A DNA stretch of 64,000 nt, taken from NCBI GenBank assembly GCA_964409235.1, contig CAYPCN010000001.1, positions 157,520-221,519 of the forward strand. The letters are read 5' to 3'. Under the pieces are notes generated by a model. That model saw nothing but the letters and a program-made list of their open reading frames with translations, was not told where the DNA came from and searched no databases. The translations under genes and the position numbers were made by a program. Positions 62,307 through 64,000 of this stretch are shown in pieces. The DNA is from an uncultured bacterium (lineage in GTDB: Bacteria > Chlamydiota > Chlamydiia > Chlamydiales > FEN-1388). Within the stretch, counting starts at the first letter, position 1. Each line of letters starts with the position of its first letter.

Positions 62307-63227
62307 TTGATGATGAAACATATTAAAGCGCTTGTATACACCATTCTTGTGGCCTGTGTTGCCATCTCTGGGCATCTGTTTGCAGGGGATGACTCCGTGC
62401 GAGAGAGTGTCGACGTGGTTGTCTTTTCGTACAACCGGCCAATGCAGCTCTATGCTTTTTTAGAGTCGTTATTTTTGCATGCATCGGGGTATCACCGTGT
62501 GACGGTTGTCTATCGCGTTGATAACGATCGGTACTTGAAAAGCTATCAGCAAGTGCAGGCCGCATTTCCTTCTGTCGTGTTTTCGTTGCAATCGCGATCT
62601 CCAGCCAAGGATTTTAAACGATTAACATTGGAAGCCGCCTTTGGGCCATCTAGCGAGGCGCAGTATGTGATGTTTGCCGTTGACGACATTGTCGTGACCA
62701 GGCCGTTTAATTTCCGGGAGTGCACCCAAGCTCTAGAGGCATATGACGGCTATGGGTTTTTCCTGCGGTTAGGGCTGAATATCACCTACTGCTATATGTT
62801 GGCGATCCCTTCTCCGGTCCCTCCGCACACGATGTGTGAAGGCAGGTTTTTGAAATGGGCTTTTTCGCAGGGAGTTGGAGATTGGCGATATCCGAACAAT
62901 ACAGACATGACGGTGTATCGGAAACACGATGTACAACCCATGCTTTCGGCCATCCTCTTCACCTCTCCCAATACCATGGAAGGACGATGGGAGGGCCTTT
63001 CTTCAAGGGGAACTTTTGGGTTGAGTTATCTCACTTCGATGATGGTCAACCTACCATACAACAAGGTGAATCAGTCAACGAATCGGTATAACAGCGGGCG
63101 AGAGATATCTGCAGAAGCCTTCCTTGAACTCTTTGAAAATGGCATGAAGATCGATATCGAGAGCTTGCGAAATTGTCCGAATGACTCTCCTCATTTTGAT
63201 TGCGATCTTCCTCTGACGCATCGCTGA
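62307..63227 (+). CDS. Signal-anchored hypothetical protein, possibly a GT-A-fold glycosyltransferase
   Basis: It has an N-terminal hydrophobic anchor. VVVFSYNRPMQLYAFLESL resembles the start of GT-A glycosyltransferases, and FAVDD is a possible DxD. The functional call is weak. Confidence 0.4.
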   Translation: MMMKHIKALVYTILVACVAISGHLFAGDDSVRESVDVVVFSYNRPMQLYAFLESLFLHASGYHRVTVVYRVDNDRYLKSYQQVQAAFPSVVFSLQSRSPAKDFKRLTLEAAFGPSSEAQYVMFAVDDIVVTRPFNFRECTQALEAYDGYGFFLRLGLNITYCYMLAIPSPVPPHTMCEGRFLKWAFSQGVGDWRYPNNTDMTVYRKHDVQPMLSAILFTSPNTMEGRWEGLSSRGTFGLSYLTSMMVNLPYNKVNQSTNRYNSGREISAEAFLELFENGMKIDIESLRNCPNDSPHFDCDLPLTHR

Positions 63228-63242
63228 GAGCCGTGCCGCTAG

Positions 63243-64000
63243 TTAATGCGAAGGGAATAATTGATCAAGAGGCTCATACGGCTTCAAGGAGCGGATATAC
63301 GCATCAGTGGCCATTTGTACGAGTCGCCGATTGCTGTCTGACAGAGGATTTGTCCAGTTATAGATATACATAATCCGGTCGATGTATCGAATGTGGTGTG
63401 GCGATGCCATTTCAAGCATTGGGAGCATAATGGCTACGTCATAGGCTATGTCAAAGAACTTTCCGTCCACCATGCAATCTTCTTTTTTGATCTTGTGGAA
63501 AAGGGCAGCGTAAAATGTCCGCAAGTGGGATGTGACCCATGATGGATAGCGACGGACGAGGACCTTCTTCAGCACGTCTTCAGGGAGCGGCGCACCTACT
63601 CCTCTCTGCCCTCCTGGATCACATTGAAAAGAACCATACGTGAGCCAAACGTTGGGATCTGCGTAGGCATCGGCGAGCGTCTGTAAAACGCCGTCGTCAG
63701 AGAGCCAGTCATCGCCATCGAGGGAGACGATGATTCGATCGGGAGCTACTTGATGAATAGCATGGTATAAATTCGCCATGGCTCCACGGCGCTCTGTGTT
63801 GTGGACAACGGTGCACTTCTGCTCCATCCATTGGCGTTGAATATAAGCGTCAACGAGGTCCCCTGTGCCATCTGTGGAGCAGTCGTCGATGTAGTAGATC
63901 GTCCAATGGGGGTACGTCTGGCAAAAGACAGACGCGAGATTCTTCTCCCGACTTTGACAGTTGAGCCTTTCTTGATCTCTTTCTCGAGAGAGAACCGGAC
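63243..64000 (-). CDS. Family 2 glycosyltransferase; the N-terminus runs off the window end
   Basis: The reading frame stays open upstream of the Met at 63827, through ...FCQTYPHWTIYYIDDCSTDGTGDLVDAYI..., to the window edge. A DGDD (DxD) motif follows downstream. Confidence 0.8.
   Translation of the reverse strand, partial: PVLSRERDQERLNCQSREKNLASVFCQTYPHWTIYYIDDCSTDGTGDLVDAYIQRQWMEQKCTVVHNTERRGAMANLYHAIHQVAPDRIIVSLDGDDWLSDDGVLQTLADAYADPNVWLTYGSFQCDPGGQRGVGAPLPEDVLKKVLVRRYPSWVTSHLRTFYAALFHKIKKEDCMVDGKFFDIAYDVAIMLPMLEMASPHHIRYIDRIMYIYNWTNPLSDSNRRLVQMATDAYIRSLKPYEPLDQLFPSH

Overview
This window is a chromosomal segment from a member of the phylum Chlamydiota, probably an environmental lineage. 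By eye the GC content is higher than in Chlamydiaceae, but I did not compute it. The phylum call rests on three things: a clear Hc1 histone-like gene (hctA), a chlamydia-style non-flagellar type III secretion system (T3SS) gene order, and housekeeping gene order that matches what I recall for C. trachomatis (clpX-clpP-tig-SNF2 helicase-mreB-pckG, and the rumA-like gene next to hctA).

About half the window (about 6997-37920, all on the minus strand) is one large T3SS region. It contains cdsD-E-F-G, a CT668-position gene, cdsN-O-P, then an inserted hypothetical gene plus an ABC-2 transporter, then cdsQ-pkn5-cdsC. Directly upstream of that lies an Scc4-position class I chaperone and a class II chaperone-CopB-CopD translocator operon. 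Upstream again are four large uncharacterised genes (703, 879, 630 and 786 aa).

Three of those four genes are clear paralogues. They share variable-number N-terminal repeats, a conserved helix, a variable core and a conserved Gln/Asn-rich C-terminal helix. They sit where tip/filament (SctA) genes lie in other T3SS. I consider this the best candidate for an undescribed system.

Other observations:
- A dispersed intergenic repeat family with pairing arms. There are 3 good copies, several degenerate copies and orphan arms, all in plus orientation.
- A Tgt in which all four Zn ligands are substituted.
- A cysteine-less, signal-peptide-bearing YidD paralogue. It follows a TPR (lipo)protein that lies immediately downstream of the secretin.
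- A 120-bp tandem duplication in cdsD.
- A CT668-position protein with an SctI-like C-terminus.

The rest of the window is ordinary housekeeping: der, a GH3 hexosaminidase, a SulP permease, four tRNAs, recO-like, rlmN, a Tol/Exb-like cluster, tgt, yajC and glycosyltransferases.

All calls come from reading the ORF translations and recalling motifs. No database search, alignment statistic or RNA-folding program was run. I saw no rRNA, CRISPR array, transposase or integrase.
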